DNA of 64,000 nt from Eledone cirrhosa (Eukaryota). The notes below the pieces were generated by a model. It saw only the letters and a program-made list of their open reading frames with translations, was not told the origin of the DNA and did no database searches. The stretch spans positions 307,892,001-307,956,000 of the forward strand of contig OZ024743.1 of NCBI GenBank assembly GCA_964016885.1. The letters run 5' to 3'. Both the position numbers and the translations under genes were made by a program. Positions 24,127 through 38,500 of this stretch are shown one piece after another (the first letter of the stretch is position 1; every line of letters begins with the position of its first letter).

Positions 24127-27100
24127 TTTTATGGTGGTGTATTGTGGTGTATTGTGGTGTATGGTGTGGTATGGTGGTGTATGGTGGTGTATTGTGGTGT
24201 ATGGTCGTGTATGGTGGTGTATGGTGGTGTATGTTGGTGTATTGTGGTGTATTGTGGTGTATGGTGGTGTATGGTGGTGTATTGTGGTGTATGGTGGTAC
24301 ATTGTGGTGTATGGTTGTGTATTGTGGTGTATGGTGGTGTATGGTGGTGTATGGTGGTGTATTGTGGTGTATTGTGGTGTATGGTGGTGTATTGTGGTGT
24401 ATGGTGGTGTATGGTGGTGTATGGTGGTGTATTGTGGTGTATGGTGGTGTATTGTGGTGTATAGTGGTGTATGGTGGTGTATGGTGGTTTTATGGTGGTG
24501 TATTGTGGTGTATTGTGGTGTATGGTGTGGTATGGTGGTGTATGGTGGTGTATTGTGGTGTATGGTGGTGTATGGTGGTGTATGGTGGTGTATTGTTGTG
24601 TATTGTGGTGTATGGTGGTGTATGGTGGTGTATCGTGGTGTATGGTGGTGTATGGTGGTGTATGGTGGTGTATTATGGTGTATAGTGGTGTATAGTGGTG
24701 TATGGTGGTGTATGGTGGTGTATTGTGGTGTATTGTGGTGTATGGTGGTGTATGGTGGTGTATGGTGGTGTATTGTGGTGTATGGTGGTGTATGGTGGTG
24801 TATGGTGGTGTATTGTGGTGTATTGTGTTGTATGGTGGTGTATTGTGGCGTATGGTGGTGTATTGTGGTGTATGGTGGTGTATTGTGGTGTATGGTGCTG
24901 TATTGTGGTGTATGGTGCTGTATTGTGGTGTATGGTGGTGTATTGTGGTGTATGGTGGTGTATTGTGGTGTATGGTGGTGTATTGTGGGGGTATTGTGGT
25001 GTATGGTGGGGTATTGTGGTGCATGGTGCTGTATTGTGGTGTATTGTGGTGCATGGTAGTGTATGGTGGTGTATGGTGGTGTATGGTGGTGTATTGTGGT
25101 GTATGGTGGTGTATTGTGGTGTATGGTGGTGTATGGTGGTATATTGTGGGGTATGGTGGTGTATGGTAGTGTACTGTGGTGTGTCGTGGTGTATGGTGGT
25201 GTATGGTGGTGTATGGTGGTGTATGGTGGTGTATTGTGGTGTATGGTGGTGTATGGTGGTGTATGGTGGTGTATTGTGGTGTATGGTGGTATATGGCGGT
25301 GTATGGTGGTGTATTGTGGTGTATGGTGGTGTATGGTGGTGTATGGTGGTGTATGGTGGTGTATTGTGGTGTATTGTGGTGTATGGTGGTGTATGGTGGT
25401 GTATGGTGGTGTATTGTGGTGTATTGTGTTGTATGGTGGTGTATTGTGGTGTTTGGTGGTGTATTGTGGTGTATGGTGGTGTATTGTGGTGTATGGTGCT
25501 GTATTGTGGTGTATGGTGCTGTATTGTGGTGTATGGTGGTGTATTGTGGTGTATGGTGGTGTATTGTGGTGTATTGTGGTGTATGGTGGTGTATGGTGGT
25601 GTATTGTGGTGTATGGTGGTGTATTGTGGTGTATGGTGGTGTATTGTGGGGGTATTGTGGTGTATGGTGGGGTATTGTGGTGTATGGTGCTGTATTGTGG
25701 TGTATTGTGGTGCGTGGTAGTGTATGGTGGTGTATGGTGGTGTATGGTGGTGTATTATGGTGTATGGTGGTGTATTGTGGTGTATGGTGGTGTATGGTGG
25801 TATATTGTGGGGTATGGTGGTGTATGGTAGTGTACTGTGGTGTGTGGTGGTGTATGGTGGTGTATAGTGGTGTGTGGTGTATGGTGGTGTATGGTGGTGT
25901 ATGGTGGTGTATGGTGGTGTATGGTGGTGTATTGTGGTGTATGGTGGTGTATGGTGGTCTATTGTGGTGTATGGTGGTGTATGGTGGTCTATTGTGGTGT
26001 ATGGTGGTGGATTGTGGTGTATGGTGGTGTATTGTGGTGTATGGTGGTGTATGGTCGTGTATGCTGTATGGTGGTGTATGGTGGTGTATGTTGGTGTATG
26101 GTGGTGTATGGTGGTGTATGGTGGTGTATGGTGGTGTATTGTGGTGTATGGTGGTGTATGGTGGTGTATTGTGGTGTGTGGTGGTGTATGGTGGTGTATG
26201 GTGGTGTATTGTGGTGTATGGTGGTGTATTGTGGTGTGTGGTGGTGTATTGTGGTGTATAGTGGTGTATGGTGGTGTATGGTGGTTTTATGGTGGTGTAT
26301 TGTGGTTTCTTGTGGTGTATGGTGTGGTATGGTGGTGTATGGTGGTGTATTGTGGTGTATGGTGGTGTATGGTGGTGTATGGTGGTGTATGGTGGTTTAT
26401 TGTGGTGTATTGTGGTGTATGGTGGTGTATGGTGGTGTATTGTGGTGTATGGTGGTACATTGTGGTGTATGGTTGTGTATTGTGGTGTATGGTGGTGTAT
26501 GGTGGTGTATGGTGGTGTATTGTGGTGTATTGTGGTGTATGGTGGTGTATTGTGGTGTATGGTGGTGTATGGTGGTGTATGGTGGTGTATTGTGGTGTAT
26601 GGTGGTGTATTGTGGTGTATAGTGGTGTATGGTGGTGTATGGTGGTTTTATGGTGGTGTATTGTGGTGTATTGTGGTGTATGGTGTGGTATGGTGGTGTA
26701 TCGTGGTGTATTGTGGTGTATGGTGGTGTATGGTGGTGTATGGTGGTGTATGGTGGTGTATTGTGGTGTATTGTGGTGTATGGTGGTGTATGGTGGTGTA
26801 TTGTGGTGTATGGTGGTGTATGGTGGTGTATGGTGGTGTATTATGGTGTATAGTGGTGTATAGTGGGGTATGGTGGTGTATGGTGGTGTATTGTGGTGTA
26901 TTGTGGTGTATGGTGGTGTATGGTGGTGTATGGTGGTGTATTGTGGTGTATGGTGGTGTATGGTGGTGTATGGTGGTGTATTGTGGTGTATTGTGTTGTA
27001 TGGTGGTGTATTGTGGCGTATGGTGGTGTATTGTGGTGTATGGTGGTGTATTGTGGTGTATGGTGCTGTATTGTGGTGTATGGTGCTGTATTGTGGTGTA

Positions 27101-30100
27101 TGGTGGTGTATTTTGGTGTATGGTGGTGTATTGTGGTGTATGGTGGTGTATTGTGGGGGTATTGTGGTGTATGGTGGGGTATTGTGGTGCATGGTGCTGT
27201 ATTGTGGTGTATTGTGGTGCATGGTAGTGTATGGTGGTGTATGGTGGTGTATGGTGGTGTATTGTGGTGTATGGTGGTGTATTGTGGTGTATGGTGGTGT
27301 ATGGTGGTATATTGTGGGGTATGGTGGTGTATGGTAGTGTACTGTGGTGTGTCGTGGTGTATGGTGGTGTATGGTGGTGTATGGTGGTGTATGGTGGTGT
27401 ATTGTGGTGTATGGTGGTGTATGGTGGTGTATGGTGGTGTATTGTGGTGTATGGTGGTATATGGCGGTGTATGGTGGTGTATTGTGGTGTATGGTGGTGT
27501 ATGGTGGTGTATGGTGGTGTATTATGGTGTATAGTGGTGTATAGTGGTGTATGGTGGTGTATGGTGGTGTATTGTGGTGTATTGTGGTGTATTGTGGTGT
27601 ATGGTGGTGTATTGTGGTGTATGGTGGTGTATTGTGGTGTATTGTGGTGTATGGTGGTGTATGGTGGTGTATTGTGGTGTATGGTGGTGTATTGTGGTGT
27701 ATGGTGGTGTATTGTGGGGGTATTGTGGTGTATGGTGGGGTATTGTGGTGTATGGTGCTGTATTGTGGTGTATTGTGGTGCGTGGTAGTGTATGGTGGTG
27801 TATGGTGGTGTATGGTGGTGCATTATGGTGTATGGTGGTGTATTGTGGTGTATGGTGGTGTATGGTGGTATATTGTGGGGTATGGTGGTGTATGGTAGTG
27901 TACTGTGGTGTGTGGTGGTGTATGGTGGTTTTATGCTGGTGTATGGTGGTGTATAGTGGTGTGTGGTGTATGGTGGTGTATGGTGGTGTACGGTGGTGTA
28001 TGGTGGTGTATGGTGGTGTATTGTGGTGTATTGTGGTGTATGGTGGTGTATGGTGGTCTATTGTGGTGTATGGTGGTGTATGGTGGTCTATTGTGGTGTA
28101 TGGTGGTGGATTGTGGTGTATGGTGGTGTATTGTGGTGTATGGTGGTGTATGGTCGTGTATGCTGTATGGTGGTGTATGGTGGTGTATGTTGGTGTATGG
28201 TGGTGTATGGTGGTGTATGGTGGTGTATGGTGGTGTATTGTGGTGTATGGTGGTGTATGGTGGTGTATTGTGGTGTGTGGTGGTGTATGGTGGTGTATGG
28301 TGGTGTATTGTGGTGTATGGTGGTGTATTGTGGTGTGTGGTGGTGTATTGTGGTGTATGGTGGTGTATTGTGGTGTGTGGTGGTGTATGGTGGTGTATTG
28401 TGGTATATGGTGGTGTATGGTGGTGTATGATGGTGTATTGTGGTGTATGGTGGTGTATTGTAGTGTATGGTGGTGTATGGTGGTCTATTGTGGTGTATGG
28501 TGGTGTATGGTGGGGTATGGTGGTGTATGGTGGTGTATGGTGGTGTATTGTGGTGTATGGTGGTGTATGGTGGTGTATGGTGTATGGTGGTGTATGGTGG
28601 TGTATGGTGTATGGTGGTGTATGGTGGTATATGGTGGTGTATGATGGTGTATTGTGGTGTATGGTGGTGTATGGTGGTGTATTGTGGTGTATGATGGTGT
28701 ATTGTGGTGCATGGTAGTGTATGGTGGTGTATGGTGGTGTATGGTGGTGTATTGTGGTGTATGGTGGTGTATTGTGGTGTATGGTGGTGTATGGTGGTCT
28801 ATTGTGGTGTATGGTGGTGGATTGTGGTGTGTGGTGGTGTATGGTGGTGTATGGTGGTGTATTGTGGTGTATGGTGGTGTATTGTGGTGTATGGTGGTGT
28901 ATGGTCGTGTATGCTGTATGGTGGTGTATTGTGGTGTGTTGTGGTGTATTGTGGTATATGGTGGTGTATGGTGGTGTATGATGGTGTATGGTGGTGTATG
29001 GTGGTGTATTGTGGTGTATGGTGGTGTATGGTGGTGTATGGTGGTGTATGGTGGTGTATGGTGGTGTATGGTGGTGTATTGTGGTGTGTGGTGGTGTATG
29101 GTGGTGTATGGTGGTGTATTGTGGTGTATGGTGGTGTATTGTGGTGTGTGGTGGTGTATGGTGGTGTATTGTGGTATATGGTGGTGTATGGTGGTGTATG
29201 ATGGTGTATTGTGGTGTATGGTGGTGTATTGTGGTGTATGGTGGTGTATGGTGGTCTATTGTGGTGTATGGTGGTGTATGGTGGGGTATGGTGGTGTATG
29301 GTGGTGTATGGTGGTGTATTGTGGTGTATGGTGGTGTATGGTGGTGTATGGTGTATGGTGGTGTATGGTGGTGTATGGTGGTGTATTGTGGTGTATGGTG
29401 GTGTATTGTGGTGTATGATGGTGTATTGTGGTGTATGGTGGTGTATGGTGGTGTATTGTGGTGTATGGTGGTGTATTGTGGTGTATGGTGGTGTATGGTG
29501 GTCTATTGTGGTGTATGGTGGTGTATGGTGGGGTATGGTGGTGTATGGTGGTGTATGGTGGTGTATTGTGGTGTATGGTGGTGTATGGTGGTCTATTGTT
29601 GTGTATGGTGGTGTATGGTGGTGTATTGTGGTGTATGGTGGTGTATGGTGTATTGTGGTGTATGGTGGTGTATTGTGGTGTGTGGTGGTGTATTGTGGTG
29701 TATGGTGGGGTATGGTGGTGTATGGTGGTGTATTGTGTTGTATGGTGGTGTATGGTGGTGTATGGTGGTATATTGTGGTGTATTGTGGTGTATTGTGGTA
29801 TATGGTGGTGTATTGTGGTGTATGGTGGTGTATGATGGTGTATTGTGGTGTATGGTGGTGTATTGTGGTGTATGGTGGTGTATGGTGGTGTATGGTGGTG
29901 TATGGTGGTGTATTGTGGTGTATGGTGGTGTATGGTGGTGTATGGTGGTGTATGGTGGGGTATGGTGGTGTATGGTGGTGTATGGTGGTGTATTGTGGTG
30001 TATGGTGGTGTATGGTGGTGTATAGTGTATGGTGGTGTATGGTGGTGTATGGTGGTGTATTGTGGTGTATGGTGGTGTATTGTGGTGTATGATGGTGTAT

Positions 30101-32510
30101 TGTGGTGTATGGTGGTGTATGGTGGTGTATTGTGGTGTATGGTGGTGTATTGTGGTGTATGGTGGTGTATGATGGTGTATGCTGGTGTATGGTGGTGTAT
30201 GGTGGTGTATGGTGGTGTATTGTGGTGTGTGGTGGTGTATTGTGGTGTATTGTGGTGTATGGTGGTGTATTGTGGTGTATGGTGGTGTATTGTGGTGTAT
30301 GGTGGTGTATGGTGGTGTATGGTGTATTGTGGTGTATGGTGGTGAATTGTGGTGTGTGGTGGTGTATTGTGGTGTATGGTGGGGTATGGTGGTGTATGGT
30401 GGTGTATTGTGTTGTATGGTGGTGTATGGTGGTGTATGGTGGTGTATGGTGGTGTATGGTGGTGTGTGGTGGTGTATTGTGGTGTATGGTGGTGTGTGGT
30501 GCTGTATGCTGGTGTATGGTAGTGTATGGTGGTATATGGTGGTGTATGGTGGTGTATGGTGGTGTATGGTGGTGTATGGTGGTGTATGGTGGTGTATGGT
30601 GGTGTATGGTGGGGTATGGTGGTGTATGGTGGGGTATGGTAGTGTATTGCGGTGTATTGTGGTGTATGGTGGGTTATGGTGGTGTATGGTGGTGTATTGT
30701 GGTGTATTGTGGTGTATGGTGGTGTATTGTGGTGTATGGTGGTGTATGGTGGTGTATTGTGGTGTATGGTGGTATATTGTGGTGTGTGGTGGTGTATTGT
30801 GGTGTATGGTGGTGTATGGTGGTGTATGGTGGTGTATTGTGGTGTATTGTGGTGTATGGTGGTGTATTGTAGTGTATTGTGGTGTATAGTGGTGTATGGT
30901 GGTGTATTGTGGTGTATTGTGGTGTATGGTGTGGTATGGTGGTGTATGGTGGTGTATGGTGGTGTATTGTGGTGTATGGTGGTATATTGTGGTGTATTGT
31001 GGTGTATTGTGATGTGTGGTGGTGTATTGTGGTGTATGGTGGTGTATGGTGGTGTATTGTGGTGTATTGTGGTGTATGGTGGTGTATGGTGGTGTATGGT
31101 GGTGTATTGTGGTGTATTGTGGTGTATGGTGGTGTATTGTGGTGTATGGTGCTGTATTGTGGTGTATGGTGGTGTATAGTGGTGTATAGTGGTGTATGGT
31201 GGTGTATGGTGGTGTATTGTGGTGTATTGTGGTGTATTGTGGTGTATGGTGGTGTATGGTGGTGTATTGTGGTGTATTGTGGTGTATTGTGGTGTATGGT
31301 GGTGTATTGTGGTGTATGGTGGTTTATGGTGGTTTATGGTGGTGTGTGGTGTATTGTGGTGTATGGTGGTGTATTGTGGTGTGTGGTGGTGTATGGTGGT
31401 TTATGGTTGTTTATGGTGGTGTATGGTGTGGTATGGTGGTGTATTGTGGTGTATGCTGGTGTATTGTGGTGTATGGTCGTGTATGGTGGTGTATGGTGGT
31501 GTATGGTGGTGTATTGTGGTGTATGGTGGTGTATTGTGGTGTATGGTGCTGTATTGTGATGTATGGTGGTGTATTGTGGTGTATGGTGGTGTATTGTGGT
31601 GTATGGTGGTGTATTGTGGTGTATGGTGGTGTATTGTGGTGTATGGTGGTGTATTGTGGTGTATGGTGGTGTATTGTGGGGGTATTGTGGTGTATGGTGG
31701 GGTATTGTGGTGTATTGTGGTGTATGGTGGTGTATGGTGCTGTATTGTGGTGTATTGTGGTGCGTGGTAGTGTATGGTGGTGTATGGTGGTGTATGGTGG
31801 TGTATTGTGGTGTACGGTGGGGTATGGTGGTGTATGGTGGTGTATTGTGGTGTATGGTGGTGTATGGTGGTGTATTGTGGTGTATGGTGGTGTGTGGTGG
31901 TGTATGCTGGTGTATGCTGGTGTATGGTGGTATATGGTGGTGTATGGTGGTGTATGGTGGTGTATTGTGGTGTATGGTGGTGTATGGTGGTGTATGGTGG
32001 TGTATGGTGGTGTATGGTGAGGTATGGTGGTGTATGGTGGGGTATGGTAGTGTATTGTGGTGTATGGTGCTGTATTGTGGTGTATGGTGGTGTATTGTGG
32101 TGTATGGTGGTGTATTGTGGTGTATGGTGGTGTATTGTGGTGTATGGTGGTGTATTGTGGTGTATGGTGGTGTATTGTGGTGTATGGTGGTGTATTGTGG
32201 TGTATGGTGGTGTATTGTGGTGTATGGTGCTGTATTGTGGTGTATGGTGGTGTATAGTGGTGTATAGTGGTGTATGGTGGTGTATGGTGGTGTATTGTGG
32301 TGTATTGTGGTGTATTGTGGTGTATGGTGGTGTATGGTGGTGTATGGTGGTGTATTGTGGTGTATGGTGGTGTATGGTGGTGTATGGTGGTGTATTGTGG
32401 TGTATGGTGGTGTATTGTGGTGTATGGTGGTGTATGGTGGTGTATGGTGGTGTATTGTGGTGTATGGTGGTGTATTGTGGTGTATAGTGGTGTATGGTGG
32501 TGTATGGTGG
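24127..32510 (+). repeat. HOR unit U2 (8384 bp, subtype Y)
   Basis: TTTCTTG at ~26308; Y-specific markers GAATTG (30344) and GGTTTATGGTGGTTTATGG (~31321). Confidence 0.9.
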
Positions 32511-35500
32511 TTTTATGGTGGTGTATTGTGGTGTATTGTGGTGTATGGTGTGGTATGGTGGTGTATGGTGGTGTATTGTGGTGTATGGTCGTGTATGGTG
32601 GTGTATGGTGGTGTATGGTGGTGTATTGTGGTGTATTGTGGTGTATGGTGGTGTATGGTGGTGTATTGTGGTGTATGGTGGTACATTGTGGTGTATGGTT
32701 GTGTATTGTGGTGTATGGTGGTGTATGGTGGTGTATGGTGGTGTATTGTGGTGTATTGTGGTGTATGGTGGTGTATTGTGGTGTATGGTGGTGTATGGTG
32801 GTGTATGGTGGTGTATTGTGGTGTATGGTGGTGTATTGTGGTGTATAGTGGTGTATGGTGGTGTATGGTGGTTTTATGGTGGTGTATTGTGGTGTATTGT
32901 GGTGTATGGTGTGGTATGGTGGTGTATGGTGGTGTATTGTGGTGTATGGTGGTGTATGGTGGTGTATGGTGGTGTATGGTGGTGTATTGTGGTGTATTGT
33001 GGTGTATGGTGGTGTATGGTGGTGTATCGTGGTGTATGGTGGTGTATGGTGGTGTATGGTGGTGTATTATGGTGTATAGTGGTGTATAGTGGTGTATGGT
33101 GGTGTATGGTGGTGTATTGTGGTGTATTGTGGTGTATGGTGGTGTATGGTGGTGTATGGTGGTGTATTGTGGTGTATGGTGGTGTATGGTGGTGTATGGT
33201 GGTGTATTGTGGTGTATTGTGTTGTATGGTGGTGTATTGTGGCGTATGGTGGTGTATTGTGGTGTATGGTGGTGTATTGTGGTGTATGGTGCTGTATTGT
33301 GGTGTATGGTGCTGTATTGTGGTGTATGGTGGTGTATTGTGGTGTATGGTGGTGTATTGTGGTGTATGGTGGTGTATTGTGGGGGTATTGTGGTGTATGG
33401 TGGGGTATTGTGGTGCATGGTGCTGTATTGTGGTGTATTGTGGTGCATGGTAGTGTATGGTGGTGTATGGTGGTGTATGGTGGTGTATTGTGGTGTATGG
33501 TGGTGTATTGTGGTGTATGGTGGTGTATGGTGGTATATTGTGGGGTATGGTGGTGTATGGTAGTGTACTGTGGTGTGTCGTGGTGTATGGTGGTGTATGG
33601 TGGTGTATGGTGGTGTATGGTGGTGTATTGTGGTGTATGGTGGTGTATGGTGGTGTATGGTGGTGTATTGTGGTGTATGGTGGTATATGGCGGTGTATGG
33701 TGGTGTATTGTGGTGTATGGTGGTGTATGGTGGTGTATGGTGGTGTATGGTGGTGTATTGTGGTGTATTGTGGTGTATGGTGGTGTATGGTGGTGTATGG
33801 TGGTGTATTGTGGTGTATTGTGTTGTATGGTGGTGTATTGTGGTGTATGGTGGTGTATTGTGGTGTATGGTGGTGTATTGTGGTGTATGGTGCTGTATTG
33901 TGGTGTATGGTGCTGTATTGTGGTGTATGGTGGTGTATTGTGGTGTATGGTGGTGTATTGTGGTGTATTGTGGTGTATGGTGGTGTATTGTGGTGTATGG
34001 TGGTGTATTGTGGTGTATGGTGGTGTATTGTGGGGGTATTGTGGTGTATGGTGGGGTATTGTGGTGTATGGTGCTGTATTGTGGTGTATTGTGGTGCGTG
34101 GTAGTGTATGGTGGTGTATGGTGGTGTATGGTGGTGTATTATGGTGTATGGTGGTGTATTGTGGTGTATGGTGGTGTATGGTGGTATATTGTGGGGTATG
34201 GTGGTGTATGGTAGTGTACTGTGGTGTGTGGTGGTGTATGGTGGTGTATAGTGGTGTGTGGTGTATGGTGGTGTATGGTGGTGTATGGTGGTGTATGGTG
34301 GTGTATGGTGGTGTATTGTGGTGTATGGTGGTGTATGGTGGTCTATTGTGGTGTATGGTGGTGTATGGTGGTCTATTGTGGTGTATGGTGGTGGATTGTG
34401 GTGTATGGTGGTGTATTGTGGTGTATGGTGGTGTATGGTCGTGTATGCTGTATGGTGGTGTATGGTGGTGTATGTTGGTGTATGGTGGTGTATGGTGGTG
34501 TATGGTGGTGTATGGTGGTGTATTGTGGTGTATGGTGGTGTATGGTGGTGTATTGTGGTGTGTGGTGGTGTATGGTGGTGTATGGTGGTGTATTGTGGTG
34601 TATGGTGGTGTATTGTGGTGTGTGGTGGTGTATTGTGGTGTATAGTGGTGTATGGTGGTGTATGGTGGTTTTATGGTGGTGTATTGTGGTTTCTTGTGGT
34701 GTATGGTGTGGTATGGTGGTGTATGGTGGTGTATTGTGGTGTATGGTGGTGTATGGTGGTGTATGGTGGTGTATGGTGGTGTATTGTGGTGTATTGTGGT
34801 GTATGGTGGTGTATGGTGGTGTATTGTGGTGTATGGTGGTACATTGTGGTGTATGGTTGTGTATTGTGGTGTATGGTGGTGTATGGTGGTGTATGGTGGT
34901 GTATTGTGGTGTATTGTGGTGTATGGTGGTGTATTGTGGTGTATGGTGGTGTATGGTGGTGTATGGTGGTGTATTGTGGTGTATGGTGGTGTATTGTGGT
35001 GTATAGTGGTGTATGGTGGTGTATGGTGGTTTTATGGTGGTGTATTGTGGTGTATTGTGGTGTATGGTGTGGTATGGTGGTGTATCGTGGTGTATTGTGG
35101 TGTATGGTGGTGTATGGTGGTGTATGGTGGTGTATGGTGGTGTATTGTGGTGTATTGTGGTGTATGGTGGTGTATGGTGGTGTATTGTGGTGTATGGTGG
35201 TGTATGGTGGTGTATGGTGGTGTATTATGGTGTATAGTGGTGTATAGTGGTGTATGGTGGTGTATGGTGGTGTATTGTGGTGTATTGTGGTGTATGGTGG
35301 TGTATGGTGGTGTATGGTGGTGTATTGTGGTGTATGGTGGTGTATGGTGGTGTATGGTGGTGTATTGTGGTGTATTGTGTTGTATGGTGGTGTATTGTGG
35401 CGTATGGTGGTGTATTGTGGTGTATGGTGGTGTATTGTGGTGTATGGTGCTGTATTGTGGTGTATGGTGCTGTATTGTGGTGTATGGTGGTGTATTTTGG

Positions 35501-38500
35501 TGTATGGTGGTGTATTGTGGTGTATGGTGGTGTATTGTGGGGGTATTGTGGTGTATGGTGGGGTATTGTGGTGCATGGTGCTGTATTGTGGTGTATTGTG
35601 GTGCATGGTAGTGTATGGTGGTGTATGGTGGTGTATGGTGGTGTATTGTGGTGTATGGTGGTGTATTGTGGTGTATGGTGGTGTATGGTGGTATATTGTG
35701 GGGTATGGTGGTGTATGGTAGTGTACTGTGGTGTGTCGTGGTGTATGGTGGTGTATGGTGGTGTATGGTGGTGTATGGTGGTGTATTGTGGTGTATGGTG
35801 GTGTATGGTGGTGTATGGTGGTGTATTGTGGTGTATGGTGGTATATGGCGGTGTATGGTGGTGTATTGTGGTGTATGGTGGTGTATGGTGGTGTATGGTG
35901 GTGTATTATGGTGTATAGTGGTGTATAGTGGTGTATGGTGGTGTATGGTGGTGTATTGTGGTGTATTGTGGTGTATTGTGGTGTATGGTGGTGTATTGTG
36001 GTGTATGGTGGTGTATTGTGGTGTATTGTGGTGTATGGTGGTGTATGGTGGTGTATTGTGGTGTATGGTGGTGTATTGTGGTGTATGGTGGTGTATTGTG
36101 GGGGTATTGTGGTGTATGGTGGGGTATTGTGGTGTATGGTGCTGTATTGTGGTGTATTGTGGTGCGTGGTAGTGTATGGTGGTGTATGGTGGTGTATGGT
36201 GGTGCATTATGGTGTATGGTGGTGTATTGTGGTGTATGGTGGTGTATGGTGGTATATTGTGGGGTATGGTGGTGTATGGTAGTGTACTGTGGTGTGTGGT
36301 GGTGTATGGTGGTTTTATGCTGGTGTATGGTGGTGTATAGTGGTGTGTGGTGTATGGTGGTGTATGGTGGTGTACGGTGGTGTATGGTGGTGTATGGTGG
36401 TGTATTGTGGTGTATTGTGGTGTATGGTGGTGTATGGTGGTCTATTGTGGTGTATGGTGGTGTATGGTGGTCTATTGTGGTGTATGGTGGTGGATTGTGG
36501 TGTATGGTGGTGTATTGTGGTGTATGGTGGTGTATGGTCGTGTATGCTGTATGGTGGTGTATGGTGGTGTATGTTGGTGTATGGTGGTGTATGGTGGTGT
36601 ATGGTGGTGTATGGTGGTGTATTGTGGTGTATGGTGGTGTATGGTGGTGTATTGTGGTGTGTGGTGGTGTATGGTGGTGTATGGTGGTGTATTGTGGTGT
36701 ATGGTGGTGTATTGTGGTGTGTGGTGGTGTATTGTGGTGTATGGTGGTGTATTGTGGTGTGTGGTGGTGTATGGTGGTGTATTGTGGTATATGGTGGTGT
36801 ATGGTGGTGTATGATGGTGTATTGTGGTGTATGGTGGTGTATTGTAGTGTATGGTGGTGTATGGTGGTCTATTGTGGTGTATGGTGGTGTATGGTGGGGT
36901 ATGGTGGTGTATGGTGGTGTATGGTGGTGTATTGTGGTGTATGGTGGTGTATGGTGGTGTATGGTGTATGGTGGTGTATGGTGGTGTATGGTGTATGGTG
37001 GTGTATGGTGGTATATGGTGGTGTATGATGGTGTATTGTGGTGTATGGTGGTGTATGGTGGTGTATTGTGGTGTATGATGGTGTATTGTGGTGCATGGTA
37101 GTGTATGGTGGTGTATGGTGGTGTATGGTGGTGTATTGTGGTGTATGGTGGTGTATTGTGGTGTATGGTGGTGTATGGTGGTCTATTGTGGTGTATGGTG
37201 GTGGATTGTGGTGTGTGGTGGTGTATGGTGGTGTATGGTGGTGTATTGTGGTGTATGGTGGTGTATTGTGGTGTATGGTGGTGTATGGCCGTGTATGCTG
37301 TATGGTGGTGTATTGTGGTGTGTTGTGGTGTATTGTGGTATATGGTGGTGTATGGTGGTGTATGATGGTGTATGGTGGTGTATGGTGGTGTATTGTGGTG
37401 TATGGTGGTGTATGGTGGTGTATGGTGGTGTATGGTGGTGTATGGTGGTGTATGGTGGTGTATTGTGGTGTGTGGTGGTGTATGGTGGTGTATGGTGGTG
37501 TATTGTGGTGTATGGTGGTGTATTGTGGTGTGTGGTGGTGTATGGTGGTGTATTGTGGTATATGGTGGTGTATGGTGGTGTATGATGGTGTATTGTGGTG
37601 TATGGTGGTGTATTGTGGTGTATGGTGGTGTATGGTGGTCTATTGTGGTGTATGGTGGTGTATGGTGGGGTATGGTGGTGTATGGTGGTGTATGGTGGTG
37701 TATTGTGGTGTATGGTGGTGTATGGTGGTGTATGGTGTATGGTGGTGTATGGTGGTGTATGGTGGTGTATTGTGGTGTATGGTGGTGTATTGTGGTGTAT
37801 GATGGTGTATTGTGGTGTATGGTGGTGTATGGTGGTGTATTGTGGTGTATGGTGGTGTATTGTGGTGTATGGTGGTGTATGGTGGTCTATTGTGGTGTAT
37901 GGTGGTGTATGGTGGGGTATGGTGGTGTATGGTGGTGTATGGTGGTGTATTGTGGTGTATGGTGGTGTATGGTGGTCTATTGTTGTGTATGGTGGTGTAT
38001 GGTGGTGTATTGTGGTGTATTGTGGTGTATGGTGGTGTATGGTGTATTGTGGTGTATGGTGGTGTATTGTGGTGTGTGGTGGTGTATTGTGGTGTATGGT
38101 GGGGTATGGTGGTGTATGGTGGTGTATTGTGTTGTATGGTGGTGTATGGTGGTGTATGGTGGTATATTGTGGTGTATTGTGGTGTATTGTGGTATATGGT
38201 GGTGTATTGTGGTGTATGGTGGTGTATGATGGTGTATTGTGGTGTATGGTGGTGTATTGTGGTGTATGGTGGTGTATGGTGGTGTATGGTGGTGTATGGT
38301 GGTGTATTGTGGTGTATGGTGGTGTATGGTGGTGTATGGTGGTGTATGGTGGGGTATGGTGGTGTATGGTGGTGTATGGTGGTGTATTGTGGTGTATGGT
38401 GGTGTATGGTGGTGTATAGTGTATGGTGGTGTATGGTGGTGTATGGTGGTGTATTGTGGTGTATGGTGGTGTATTGTGGTGTATGATGGTGTATTGTGGT

